Notes under the pieces: model-generated
Databases searched by the model: none
What the model saw: only the letters and a program-made list of their open reading frames with translations
Told to the model about the DNA's origin: nothing
Shown: positions 10,037 through 19,789 of the stretch, one piece after another
How positions within the stretch are numbered: position 1 is the stretch's first letter
Layout of the letters: the number at the start of each line of letters is the position of its first letter
Assembly: GCA_047611865.1 (NCBI GenBank)
Contig: JBLFWS010000001.1
Location: 32,001 to 96,000 of the forward strand
Length of the DNA stretch: 64,000 bases
Direction: 5' to 3'
DNA from: Chlamydiales bacterium
Lineage (GTDB): Bacteria; Chlamydiota; Chlamydiia; Chlamydiales; JBDQID01
Position numbers and translations under genes: made by a program

Positions 10037-10633
10037 CTATTTCACGGCAAGACGATCTGTTAAATAATGACAAAAGACAGAATGCGACAATTCCACCATC
10101 CCATATGATGAAGATGGCATATAGAAATTTAACTCGCCGATCTGACGGAGGACATTATCAGGAGAAAATCCTGAAAAAGTAATTACTTTCATTCCTTTCT
10201 CATTGGCCATCTCAACTGCTTTTATTATATTTTCAGACTGGCCCGAGCTACTAACCGCTATAAGTAAGTCCCCTTTTGTCCCATGAAGAGATATTTGCCA
10301 GGCAAAAGCCACATCATAGCCTTCATCATTCGTCAAGGCTGTTAAAAGGCTTTGCTCTGTGCAAACCATGGCTGGAATTTCATCACATTTACATAGATCA
10401 TTACTCACGTGAGCTACGAGAGCTGAGCTTCCCCCGTTCCCAACCAAAATAACCTTTTTTCCTTTAGATTTTACATGTCGTAACATTACGACCGCTCTAT
10501 CACTTGCTTGGTCTATTGGAAGCTCAACATCCATATCATCAGTTGCAATGCATGATTCCAGAACATCTAACAAGTTCCTGCCATAGATCTTTACTTTTTT
10601 CTCTTTTTTCGTCGCCGCACTAACCATGTTCAC
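10037..10633 (-). CDS. gmhA: GmhA-like SIS-domain phosphosugar isomerase
   Basis: GNGGS, TALTND, SSSGQSENII, VELSH. Confidence 0.75.
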   Translation of the reverse strand: MNMVSAATKKEKKVKIYGRNLLDVLESCIATDDMDVELPIDQASDRAVVMLRHVKSKGKKVILVGNGGSSALVAHVSNDLCKCDEIPAMVCTEQSLLTALTNDEGYDVAFAWQISLHGTKGDLLIAVSSSGQSENIIKAVEMANEKGMKVITFSGFSPDNVLRQIGELNFYMPSSSYGMVELSHSVFCHYLTDRLAVK

Positions 10634-10639
10634 CTACAA

Positions 10640-12196
10640 TTACTTTAGACAATGTTCAAGGGATCTCAGTAAAGCATCTCTATTAACTGAAGACTTATTT
10701 CCTACCGTTTGCACAGCTTGGAAACCCACAGCGTTTCCAATCAACCCCACAACTTGAAGGGGAATGTTTTGCTGCGAGCAAAGCGAGGCTACAGCCAATA
10801 CGGAATCACCCGCCCCTACTCTATCAACAGTTTTACCCATAAATGCAGGAACTTCAACAAAGCCTTCCTTCGGACCGTAGCAGATTACGCCCTCCACTCC
10901 TCTTGTCACGATGATTTTAGATCCCCCTAGCTTTTCTGAGACTTCTCTAATAATATCTTTTAATGGCCGCCTCTTACTTCGGACATCGATGCGTATTTCA
11001 TTTTCAGAAATACTCACGAAATCTGCTCGTGGATACTTGGAGATCGTATTAAATGCCTGATTCCCAGCATTAACCTGTGTATTTACCGCTAGGAACTTAG
11101 CTTTCTCAGCTAGAAGATTGACAGCTTCCGGACTCATCATCCCATGTCCATAGTCTGTTACAATAACAACATCGTAATCCGCAACTATCTCATCCAATTT
11201 GCTACACAAGGCACTAGAATCATCCGGACTTCCCTCATCATTATCCATCATGTAAACTTCAAAAAGTTTTTGAAGAGGGTAGCTTTCTAAAAACCGTCGT
11301 TTTACAATCGTTGTTTTACCTTTCGCCATTTTAAGAAAATGTGAAGTTACTTTTGGATCTAGTCTTTCACCGATAAAATCTTCATAGGACTTCTCTGATC
11401 CAAGGAAAGTCACGACATCTACATGTTGAGAAAAACCTGCAACGTGGTTTGCTACAGCAAGAACCCCTCCAATAAAAGTTTCTTTTCTTTCGTAGCAAGC
11501 TGCCAAAATGGGATCTTTTCCAGGCTTGCCCATTGTTCGACAAAAGTGATAATCATCAATAATCGCATCACCAACCAAAAGAACTTTCAAGGATTTCAAT
11601 TTCTCAATATAATTTTCTATGCCTTGGTAAGTATAACTTTTCGCAAATTCTTTAATAAATGCACTCATTTCAGAAGAGAAAATTGGCAGGTATTTGTTGA
11701 TCAAACTAGAAGAGGAAAAGGTAATTTCTTCGGTATAGAAAATTTCCCCACCAACAGATTCAACAGCCTCCTTCTCCAGAACAATTCCGCCTGTTTTATC
11801 TTGTGTAGCCTCTTTATAGTCCCTCCCCTTTGCATAAAAATCAGGCTGAAGCAACTTGATTGTTTCCACAGCATTTGGCCATTGATTAATAGAAACATAA
11901 TCAACAAATCCTAACGCTGCCATAGCTTCGGCACGAAGATTCTCTTCGAATGCTGGACGATTAGGCCCTTTATTGACGTAACAATCAGGAGTTAACGTAA
12001 CAACAAGAATATCTCCTGGCTGTTTTGCTTTTTTTAGATGCCGGATATGCCCCACATGCAATAGGTCAAAAACACCATGACAAAGAACGATCTTTTTCCC
12101 CTCTTTTTTAAGGGAAAAAAGAATATCCTTCAGCTCAGTAAGCTGCTTTATACCCCCTGCCGAATCCATGCTTTCATTTGACACCAAATTATCCAT
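10640..12196 (-). CDS. HldE/RfaE-like bifunctional nucleotidyltransferase and PfkB sugar kinase (transferase domain N-terminal)
   Basis: HGVFDLLHVGH at the N-terminus; DYGHG and DRVGAGDS ribokinase motifs at the C-terminus. Confidence 0.85.
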   Translation of the reverse strand: MDNLVSNESMDSAGGIKQLTELKDILFSLKKEGKKIVLCHGVFDLLHVGHIRHLKKAKQPGDILVVTLTPDCYVNKGPNRPAFEENLRAEAMAALGFVDYVSINQWPNAVETIKLLQPDFYAKGRDYKEATQDKTGGIVLEKEAVESVGGEIFYTEEITFSSSSLINKYLPIFSSEMSAFIKEFAKSYTYQGIENYIEKLKSLKVLLVGDAIIDDYHFCRTMGKPGKDPILAACYERKETFIGGVLAVANHVAGFSQHVDVVTFLGSEKSYEDFIGERLDPKVTSHFLKMAKGKTTIVKRRFLESYPLQKLFEVYMMDNDEGSPDDSSALCSKLDEIVADYDVVIVTDYGHGMMSPEAVNLLAEKAKFLAVNTQVNAGNQAFNTISKYPRADFVSISENEIRIDVRSKRRPLKDIIREVSEKLGGSKIIVTRGVEGVICYGPKEGFVEVPAFMGKTVDRVGAGDSVLAVASLCSQQNIPLQVVGLIGNAVGFQAVQTVGNKSSVNRDALLRSLEHCLK

Positions 12197-12334
12197 ACCT
12201 TAAATCCTTGAATTCTCTGGCGATGGGTATAAGATAGTTCTCTTCTTGATTATGAATAAACCATTTTTTAATAATAGTCCGCAAGTTTTATTCTCAAGTT
12301 TTCTTTATTGTCCACCTTGCTAAGAGAATCATTT

Positions 12335-13330
12335 CTACTCAAGAAAAGCAAACCAATCTTTAGTCGCTGCAGATATTCCCTTTTCGTCCCAAACGGGAGC
12401 TGTTTTCCACTGCTCTATCCTTTCAAGCATTTCCTGTACTCCTATCTCAAAAGAAACTGAGGGATTCCAGGCTAATGTTTTTTGTATCTTTTTGATGTCC
12501 GCAAAAGTACTGTCAGGCTCCCCTGGGCGTTTAGGAATATGCACAACATCTCCCCCAAGAAGAGAAACAAGGTGGTTGATAGAATAAGTCCCTCCTGACC
12601 CTACATTTAAAGCTTCTCCAACGACATCAGATTCTGCTGCTCTAACAAAAGCCCTAACCACATCATCTACATAAGTAAAATCACGAGTTTGCTGACCGTC
12701 TCCAACAACAGTTAGTGGTTTATTTGCGAGCTTCTGAGCAAGAAATACCCCAAAGACAGCCCCGTAGGTCCCCGAGGTCCTCGAACGTGGTCCGAAAACA
12801 TTAAAAAGTCTCAGTGAAACAACTGGAAGTTTATATATCTTATGCCAATGAAAAGCATATTGCTCTCCTATATACTTAGTAAAAGCGTAAGGATACATAG
12901 GTTGAATCGCGGCTGTTTCTGAAGTTGGAAAAGATTCAGGAATTCCGTAACAAGAAGAGGAAGCCGTATAAACAAATCGCTTTACCTTTGCTTGCCTGGA
13001 AGCCTCCAAAACCGCCACTGTACCATCAACATTTGCCTTATGATAATCTAAAGGCATCTGAATCGAAGGTACGATGTCCGCCAAGGCCGCTAAGTGAAAA
13101 ACATAGTCTATACCAACGAAGTAATCTTTAATGCCCATTAAATCACTAACATCTACCTGATGAAACTGAAGGTTTTCTGATAACTGGGGAAGGTTTTCTC
13201 TCTTTCCTGTTGCAAGATTATCTAAAACAGTAACATTCGCTTCTTGTTTCAATAAACTTTCAACGAGATGACTCCCTATGAAACCCGCCCCACCAGTAAC
13301 CAATACTCTCTTTCCACGCAAATCTTTCAT
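12335..13330 (-). CDS. NAD-dependent epimerase (UDP-Glc/GlcNAc 4-epimerase-like)
   Basis: TGGAGFIG, ASSSCYG, YAFTK, FNVFGPR, GDGQQTRDF. Confidence 0.85.
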   Translation of the reverse strand: MKDLRGKRVLVTGGAGFIGSHLVESLLKQEANVTVLDNLATGKRENLPQLSENLQFHQVDVSDLMGIKDYFVGIDYVFHLAALADIVPSIQMPLDYHKANVDGTVAVLEASRQAKVKRFVYTASSSCYGIPESFPTSETAAIQPMYPYAFTKYIGEQYAFHWHKIYKLPVVSLRLFNVFGPRSRTSGTYGAVFGVFLAQKLANKPLTVVGDGQQTRDFTYVDDVVRAFVRAAESDVVGEALNVGSGGTYSINHLVSLLGGDVVHIPKRPGEPDSTFADIKKIQKTLAWNPSVSFEIGVQEMLERIEQWKTAPVWDEKGISAATKDWFAFLE

Positions 13331-13633
13331 GTCATCATTCCAGTAAAAGCCAAAGGCTTAAATTAAACTTTTTTGTATATTCCGTACAGCTCCTTTCTTG
13401 CTTCAGTCCCCGAATTCTTAGTTTAATTAGCGAAATTTACGGATATTAACCCATTACAAACCTAGTACATAAACAACTAATAATTAATAGCTTTACTTCA
13501 AACAGGCATTGTTTTATATATAGAATATTTACAACGTGCTATAGTCACTTCACTCCCGACTCCTATCACAATGCTGATAAGAAAAACTTAAAGTACTCAT
13601 TACCAATTAACTACTTAAAAAAAGTGTTTTTTT

Positions 13634-15388
13634 ATGGATAGAATCTTAGCAAAACGTTTCTGCTCTTTTACCTACCTAAATATCACCCAATTTCTAGGAG
13701 CCTTAAACGATACCTTCTTCAAATTTTTGATCGCTTTCTTTTTGATAAATCTCCAAGGGTCTGAGTACAGCGCCACGATTATGTCTTATACCGGCGCAGC
13801 AATCGTTCTCCCCTTCCTAATTTTCTCTGCTACAGCCGGAAAACTTGCTGATTGCTTCAGCAAAAGAAACATCATCGTTTACAGCAAAATTATGGAAGTT
13901 ATTGTCATGTCTCTAGGGACTCTTTCTTTTGCTATCAAGTCACCAGTAGGATGCTACACAACACTTTTCCTCATGGGACTTCAAAGCACGATTTTCAGCC
14001 CCTCTAAATATGGAATTGTCCCAGAACTTGTAAGCTCCGACAGAATTACCAAAGCCAATGGGATACTTACAGCCTTTTCTATTGTCGCTGTTATTTCTGG
14101 TGGTTTTCTTGCCTCTGCTATTACAGACCTATCTGGAAAACACTTTGTCCTTTCATCATGTCTCTGTACAAGCTTTGCAGTAATCGGCCTCCTCTCTAGC
14201 CTCTATATCGAAGCAACTCCTGCTGCCGGAGAAAGGAAAAAAGCCACTCCATTTTTTATCTACGAAATCTACCAAACTTTTGTAATTGCCAGACAACAAA
14301 ACCGCCTCTTCGTTGCGCTTCTTGGATGTTCCTTTTTTCTATTTGTCGGAGCTTTCATACAAATGAATATCATCACCTTTGGTATTGAATCTCTTGGTCT
14401 TAGCGAAGTGCAAGGCGGCTACCTCTTCTTACTCACAGCATTAGGAATAGGTACTGGCTCCATCCTTGCGGGAAAGCTTTCTGGAACTCATGTTGAACTA
14501 GGACTCGTCCCTATCGGGGGGCTTGGTATCGCTATCACCTTTTTGCTACTTCACAGCTACAGTGATAACTTAAACGCCGTTATTCCTTTACTCATATTAC
14601 TAGGTTTATTTGGTGGAATCTTCGAAGTCCCACTCGAATCCTATATACAAGCAGCAAGCCCAGAAAAATACCGGGGACAGATGATTGCTGCTGCAAACTC
14701 CCTTGGTTTCCTATGTGTCTTTGGTGCCTCTGGATTTATTTACGCAAACACGAATATTCTTGGGCTACAGGCCAGCCAAGCCTTCGCCTTTATGGGAATC
14801 ATTACACTCGTTTGCTCATTCGCCTTTATGATAGCTACCCTAGATTATTTTGTACGTTTCCTCGCCTTTGCTGTTACACGCCTTTGCTTTCGGGTAACGA
14901 TATCCAATGAAGATGAATCTACCGATAACTCTCCCTCTATTATCCTCTGCAACCGCCCGTCTTCATGGATAGACACCCTTCTATTGACAGCTATACAAAA
15001 ACCTCCCCTCAGGTTTCTAATTGAAAGCTCTAATTATGACAAAAAGGCTCTTACTTTTTTATGCCGCATTATGCGAATCATTCTTATTCCCGCCACACAC
15101 TCTCCTGAGCAAAAGCAGCGCATTTATACAGAAGCCACTACATCTCTTAGCGAGGGATACACCGTATGCCTGTTTACTAAGTCCAAGGACCTCCCCGCAG
15201 AAGAAAATAACCGATTTGTTGAAGAAATTCAGAATACCTTTACTAAAGCTGGACACACAATTATTCCTGTAAGAATCAATGAAAAGCCCGCTCAACCTCC
15301 AGCCGGAAAGATGACAAGTCTTTTAAAAGAATTCCCCTGGCACGTCACAATTGGTATTGGATCTGACGAAGAACCTAAGGAAAGTTAA
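13634..15388 (+). CDS. LplT/YgeD-type MFS transporter with a degenerate C-terminal acyltransferase-like domain (paralog A)
   Basis: TQFLGALND, AGKLAD.FSKR, FSPSKYGIVPE, about 12 hydrophobic segments; similar throughout to 61300-63051. Confidence 0.85.
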   Translation: MDRILAKRFCSFTYLNITQFLGALNDTFFKFLIAFFLINLQGSEYSATIMSYTGAAIVLPFLIFSATAGKLADCFSKRNIIVYSKIMEVIVMSLGTLSFAIKSPVGCYTTLFLMGLQSTIFSPSKYGIVPELVSSDRITKANGILTAFSIVAVISGGFLASAITDLSGKHFVLSSCLCTSFAVIGLLSSLYIEATPAAGERKKATPFFIYEIYQTFVIARQQNRLFVALLGCSFFLFVGAFIQMNIITFGIESLGLSEVQGGYLFLLTALGIGTGSILAGKLSGTHVELGLVPIGGLGIAITFLLLHSYSDNLNAVIPLLILLGLFGGIFEVPLESYIQAASPEKYRGQMIAAANSLGFLCVFGASGFIYANTNILGLQASQAFAFMGIITLVCSFAFMIATLDYFVRFLAFAVTRLCFRVTISNEDESTDNSPSIILCNRPSSWIDTLLLTAIQKPPLRFLIESSNYDKKALTFLCRIMRIILIPATHSPEQKQRIYTEATTSLSEGYTVCLFTKSKDLPAEENNRFVEEIQNTFTKAGHTIIPVRINEKPAQPPAGKMTSLLKEFPWHVTIGIGSDEEPKES

Positions 15389-15397
15389 AAACTTTCA

Positions 15398-17155
15398 TTA
15401 TGACATAAGCATGTCTGAATGGATTTTGTTGAAGCCATATTTTGATGCAATGGCTAGTGCTGTTTCTCCATTTTCTGTCATCTCATATGGATCGGCCCCT
15501 TTCTCAAGTAAGTAATGGACCATCTTCCTCTGACCATAGCCTGCAGCTGTATGAAGAAGAGACCAGCCTTTATCATCTCTAGTCGATAAAAGGTTTATCC
15601 CATGACCATCAAATAGCTTTATTAATTTCATTGACCCATTTTCTACTGCCGTAAAAATGGGAGATGATATTCCCATTCCAGTAAATGAAGAACGGGGATC
15701 AGCTCCTACTTTAAGGAGCTTTCCGATCATTTCATACTTATCTTCTCGAACAGCCCATTGAAGAGGTGTTAAGCCATTTTTCATGGGCATGTCCGGGTGG
15801 ACTCCGAAATCTTTTAAGCATTCAACAACTTCTTTTCTCTCAAAATTTGCGGCCCCAAACAACAAACCCATTTCGTCTTCTAATGGGCCACCTTTTTCAA
15901 ACAGAAATTTCACAATATCTATGTGGCCCTTTTGCACCGCTACTTCTATCGGTAAAATCATTGTTTCACTGCTACTGTTTATCTTCAAAGGTTCAGCTTC
16001 TTTTTCAAATAAAAGCTGGAGCATCTCTAGGTCCCCTTTATAAGCCGCGCTAAAAATTGGATTTGCCAAGCTAAGCTTACTCGAATTGAGATTCAGAATT
16101 CTTTCTAAAATCTGTCGCTTCTCATCTTTATTTTCCGCTGGACCCTCACTTTTACAAAACTCTTTAAAGCTCAGTGTTAAAAAAGGCTCATTTTTCTTAT
16201 TCAGATTTTTTACGATGTCTTTAGTAAGCAGATCAACACTTAGAGCTTTCTCAGGTTTCTTTGAATTGTTAGGATCATAAAAATAATATGACTCTCCATC
16301 AGAATAAACTCCACAAGCGTGACTGGTCGTCTTTGAGCTCTGTGTTATTTCAATATATTTTTCTTCTCCTGAATCAAGCCTTTCCTCAAAAAATGCCGAT
16401 AGACTCGCATACTCTCCTGATTCATTGGGAGAAAATGGTGCGACAAAATTAAATGATTCATTGCAGCCTTTAATTTCTTCTCTGTCTGAAATAAGCTTTA
16501 GCTTATCAAAGTCCTGAGTCACTCCATTGCTGTCAGGAAACGACTGTAAAAAAATCATCTGGCCTACTAAGTTTTCAATTTCATTTCTCCGATCTTGAGA
16601 AACTTCTGAAATTTCACCATTTGCAATCAACTCAAGATCCTTATAAAAATCCTCAACTCCATTTGTAAGCATATGATAAGCCCACAAACTAGATAGGCCG
16701 TAGCAATGTCCCTGTTCTATATCTGAATAAAGTTTGATTCCTCCCTGTGAATCAAAATGTTTTTTCACGTTATCTAAGAGATTGTCCTGTGAAAAATCAG
16801 TAGGAAGCTCAGTTCTCTCCCATCGCCCGAACCCGTTGTTCACCGAAAAGTCCAATACTTTTATAACAAGATCTTGCTTCTTATGTGCTTCAATTTCTCC
16901 AAAGATCTCATTAATCCTCATTGTAGTCGGATCACTCATAGAGTTCTCAAGCTTCGCCTCAATTGACTCAGCATCGTGACCGGGGCAGTTAACAAAGATA
17001 AAATCTGAAACATCTGCCAGAAAATTCTGAAGCTTTTCACCCTCTGCACTTCCTAGATCCTTGGATTTATCCATAAAATTCAGCCAGTTAGAAACATCCA
17101 TATGGTAAGTAGTTTGAGCTTGTACGCCTGCCATCCCTATTCTCCTTAATAACAA
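15398..17155 (-). CDS. Ankyrin-repeat protein with a YopT/C58-like cysteine protease domain
   Basis: C-terminal ankyrin repeats (GLTPLQWAV, GWSLLHTAA, GETALAIA); central QGHCYGLSSLW, SHACGV, YFYDPN. Confidence 0.7.
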   Translation of the reverse strand: MLLRRIGMAGVQAQTTYHMDVSNWLNFMDKSKDLGSAEGEKLQNFLADVSDFIFVNCPGHDAESIEAKLENSMSDPTTMRINEIFGEIEAHKKQDLVIKVLDFSVNNGFGRWERTELPTDFSQDNLLDNVKKHFDSQGGIKLYSDIEQGHCYGLSSLWAYHMLTNGVEDFYKDLELIANGEISEVSQDRRNEIENLVGQMIFLQSFPDSNGVTQDFDKLKLISDREEIKGCNESFNFVAPFSPNESGEYASLSAFFEERLDSGEEKYIEITQSSKTTSHACGVYSDGESYYFYDPNNSKKPEKALSVDLLTKDIVKNLNKKNEPFLTLSFKEFCKSEGPAENKDEKRQILERILNLNSSKLSLANPIFSAAYKGDLEMLQLLFEKEAEPLKINSSSETMILPIEVAVQKGHIDIVKFLFEKGGPLEDEMGLLFGAANFERKEVVECLKDFGVHPDMPMKNGLTPLQWAVREDKYEMIGKLLKVGADPRSSFTGMGISSPIFTAVENGSMKLIKLFDGHGINLLSTRDDKGWSLLHTAAGYGQRKMVHYLLEKGADPYEMTENGETALAIASKYGFNKIHSDMLMS

Positions 17156-17331
17156 TATAACTACAATATTAACATCGCCGAATTAACTATACGTAAAGGC
17201 TTTGTTTAGTTTTGTACAATTTAGACGTAAAACCTTTACAGATTGTTATTAATTACTTAACAAAGTATTCATATTCACCCTGTATAATGTAACTATTATA
17301 GTTAAACCTATATCAAGGGAAATGGAAAGCC

Positions 17332-17979
17332 ATGATCAATAGCCTTTCAAACTCATTACAAGAATATGAAATCGTTGGCTCAATTCAGGATCGGCGCAAC
17401 GAAGAATTCCCAAAACATTCCGAGTCTTATGGCAATATCATTAATAACTTCCTCAAAGACATGAAACAGCTCGAGAACAAAACTGGCGTTGTTATAGGTG
17501 TCGGCAACAAACAAGCCCAATGGGCAGATAAGGGCTGGGAAACCCTGGATATTGACAGCACATATAACCCTACTTTCGTTATGAGCGCTGACAACATGGT
17601 AGAAATTAAAGATGAAACAAAAGACGTTCTTTTAGCCGAACACCTTCGAATTAGTCGTTTTGTTGATGGCAAGCAACTGCCTGGAGCAAACCCTCAACAG
17701 TTTATCGAAGAAGCTCACCGAATCTTAAAGACAGGCGGCCAACTAATTATTAAAACAGTAGACCATAACGACGGGTTTACTTACGACCCAAACAGTCAGT
17801 CAACTTGGTACACAACTGCCATCCCCAAAAAGAAACTATTCACCGAATGGCTCCAAAAGGACGATAAATTTGATGTCGTAATCTTAAAAGGACAATTTCG
17901 CCAAACCAATGCTATTGTAGGGGAGGGATCAAATATTCCCGCTCAGAGAAAGATCTTTTATATTGCTGAAAAAAAATAG
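17332..17979 (+). CDS. Divergent class I methyltransferase-like protein
   Basis: VIGVGNK, WETLDID, EAHRILKTGGQLII. Confidence 0.55.
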   Translation: MINSLSNSLQEYEIVGSIQDRRNEEFPKHSESYGNIINNFLKDMKQLENKTGVVIGVGNKQAQWADKGWETLDIDSTYNPTFVMSADNMVEIKDETKDVLLAEHLRISRFVDGKQLPGANPQQFIEEAHRILKTGGQLIIKTVDHNDGFTYDPNSQSTWYTTAIPKKKLFTEWLQKDDKFDVVILKGQFRQTNAIVGEGSNIPAQRKIFYIAEKK

Positions 17980-17984
17980 CGTTC

Positions 17985-18299
17985 TTATTCGTTCCCCGTG
18001 GAATCCTCTTGCTGATTTACACCGGAAGAGTCTCTTTCTTCAACAACATGCTCATAAAGCTTTGTATTGGCAGCCCTTTCCAGCTCCTGCCAATAGCCAC
18101 GATCCATCCAACCATGGCTGCCATTCCAATAGCTACAAAACCAAAGTATCCCCCAGATGGGAAGAACTACATAAGTGATCTTCAAAAAAGTCGGGATTCC
18201 GACATCATCAAACTCGTCAACCTCATCCTTGCCAAAATGCACAACATGATGTTGCTCCTCGTGTTGATACTCTTCAAACATCGCCCTTCTCCTTTTCAC
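17985..18299 (-). CDS. Heme-less membrane protein resembling the CcoP/FixP N-terminal domain
   Basis: EVDEFDDVGIPTFLKITY followed by a TM helix resembles the FixP_N pattern (I.EYDNP.P.W); last gene of the operon; no CxxCH. Confidence 0.55.
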   Translation of the reverse strand: MKRRRAMFEEYQHEEQHHVVHFGKDEVDEFDDVGIPTFLKITYVVLPIWGILWFCSYWNGSHGWMDRGYWQELERAANTKLYEHVVEERDSSGVNQQEDSTGNE

Positions 18300-18540
18300 T
18301 TATACTTTCTTCATCCTTCATCATTTGATACTTTGGCTCCTCGTCCATATCCAAACGCCCCTTCCGCCACAAGTAAACGAAAACCAGTAAAGCACTACCC
18401 ACAAAGGCTATTACCATAGAATAGTGCATTACCTCACCACAAACACCACCCCCATCAAGAGGAGTCGAATTAGCAAGCATTTTAAAAGTCATTTGCACGA
18501 TACGTCTATGCCCCCCGGCTCCTGCCTTCAATAATGTCAA
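18274..18540 (-). CDS. CcoS/FixS-like small membrane protein (true start probably downstream, e.g. 18492 or 18429)
   Basis: TM helix then VFVYLWRKGRLDMDEEPKYQM; paralog of 27225-27368. Confidence 0.6.
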   Translation of the reverse strand: MTLLKAGAGGHRRIVQMTFKMLANSTPLDGGGVCGEVMHYSMVIAFVGSALLVFVYLWRKGRLDMDEEPKYQMMKDEESISEKEKGDV

Positions 18541-19789
18541 TCGTACGAACAGGGTCCTTTCCGAGCCACCATGCCTGAGTCGGAGGGGTAATTCTTGTGC
18601 CCTTCGTCATCAAATACTGAAACATCGCCTCAAACTGATAGTTTGGCACCCCAAACGGACTTTTTGAAGTACCCCGAGGGTCTTCATCAAAAAAGTGATG
18701 GAAGGCCGGCATAATAGATCCAGGGCTTTCCGTTTTGGGAGACCAAAAATGTGATTTATGCCAGTCCCGGCTTTGCCGCTTTACCCCAACGCGAGATAAA
18801 TCAGGCCCAATCCGTCTAGTTCCTGGAAAGCTTATATTTTGGTAGATATATTCATTCGGTGAGGATGGAGGAGCAGGAAATGAATCAGAACCATTATGAA
18901 TCGTATCCTGAATTAGTGTACGCGTTTGGTCAGTATGACAATACCAGCATCCTTCCGCAGCAAAGATCCCTTCACCCATCTGAATTAATTCTTTTCGAGA
19001 CAAGAAGCTCAACTTTTCACCTTTCAATTCCTCAAGTCCGTTAATTGAATTTCCATATTTGTCATATTTCCAGCCCTCTTGATTGCCCATCCGAAAATGA
19101 CTAATATGATACTCCTGAGGATTGCTAACGTACAAGACACCTAAGTCTTTGTGATAGTCCTGGCGAACACCCGCATCAATAATTTTGTAGTTCTCATCGA
19201 CCCAGTTTTCTGTAATCCCATCACTGTCATAGATCGCAAACGCTTCTTTCATTCCCGGGTCGTAGAGCTCAAGAATATGAAAAAAAGGCTTACGCTCTCC
19301 TTTGTCTTTCCAGCTAGGATGATGCTGCTCCCAATCAATTTGCAGCTCCTGCTGCAATTTTTCTGCCTCAGTAACTGGGTTATAACTTAGATCTTTCCCA
19401 TTATCCTGAGGATCTCTAAGTAATAGCAAACGAGAACTTAACTTAATTTCTTTCTCTCCCAATTTGGTAATAAAGCGTCTCAATTCTCTTGGGGCCACTA
19501 TTCGAGTAGTTTCTGTCTCTGAAAAATTCAGCAAATCATTATCTTCACGAAGGTGGTATACAGCCTGAATATCCCCACTACCAGTTTGCGCGGTACTAAT
19601 GTAGACGTTCGGGTCTGAGATTTCATACATCTGCTTTTGGTAGACACTGGAAGGCTTTGTCCAGTTTGGATCTACATACCTCGGAGCAATCACTGTCACT
19701 GCTACTGCTGAAGAAAAAAGGAGAACAACTCCAATTACTGTAAGCACGGCAGAGCTCTCTACCTTTCCCATAAATCCATTAGTACTCAT
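18506..19789 (-). CDS. ccoO: cbb3-type oxidase subunit II with a long periplasmic insertion
   Basis: N-terminal TM, EGCWYCHTDQTR, GTRRIGPDLSRVG, PGSIMPAF. Confidence 0.85.
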   Translation of the reverse strand: MSTNGFMGKVESSAVLTVIGVVLLFSSAVAVTVIAPRYVDPNWTKPSSVYQKQMYEISDPNVYISTAQTGSGDIQAVYHLREDNDLLNFSETETTRIVAPRELRRFITKLGEKEIKLSSRLLLLRDPQDNGKDLSYNPVTEAEKLQQELQIDWEQHHPSWKDKGERKPFFHILELYDPGMKEAFAIYDSDGITENWVDENYKIIDAGVRQDYHKDLGVLYVSNPQEYHISHFRMGNQEGWKYDKYGNSINGLEELKGEKLSFLSRKELIQMGEGIFAAEGCWYCHTDQTRTLIQDTIHNGSDSFPAPPSSPNEYIYQNISFPGTRRIGPDLSRVGVKRQSRDWHKSHFWSPKTESPGSIMPAFHHFFDEDPRGTSKSPFGVPNYQFEAMFQYLMTKGTRITPPTQAWWLGKDPVRTIDIIEGRSRGA

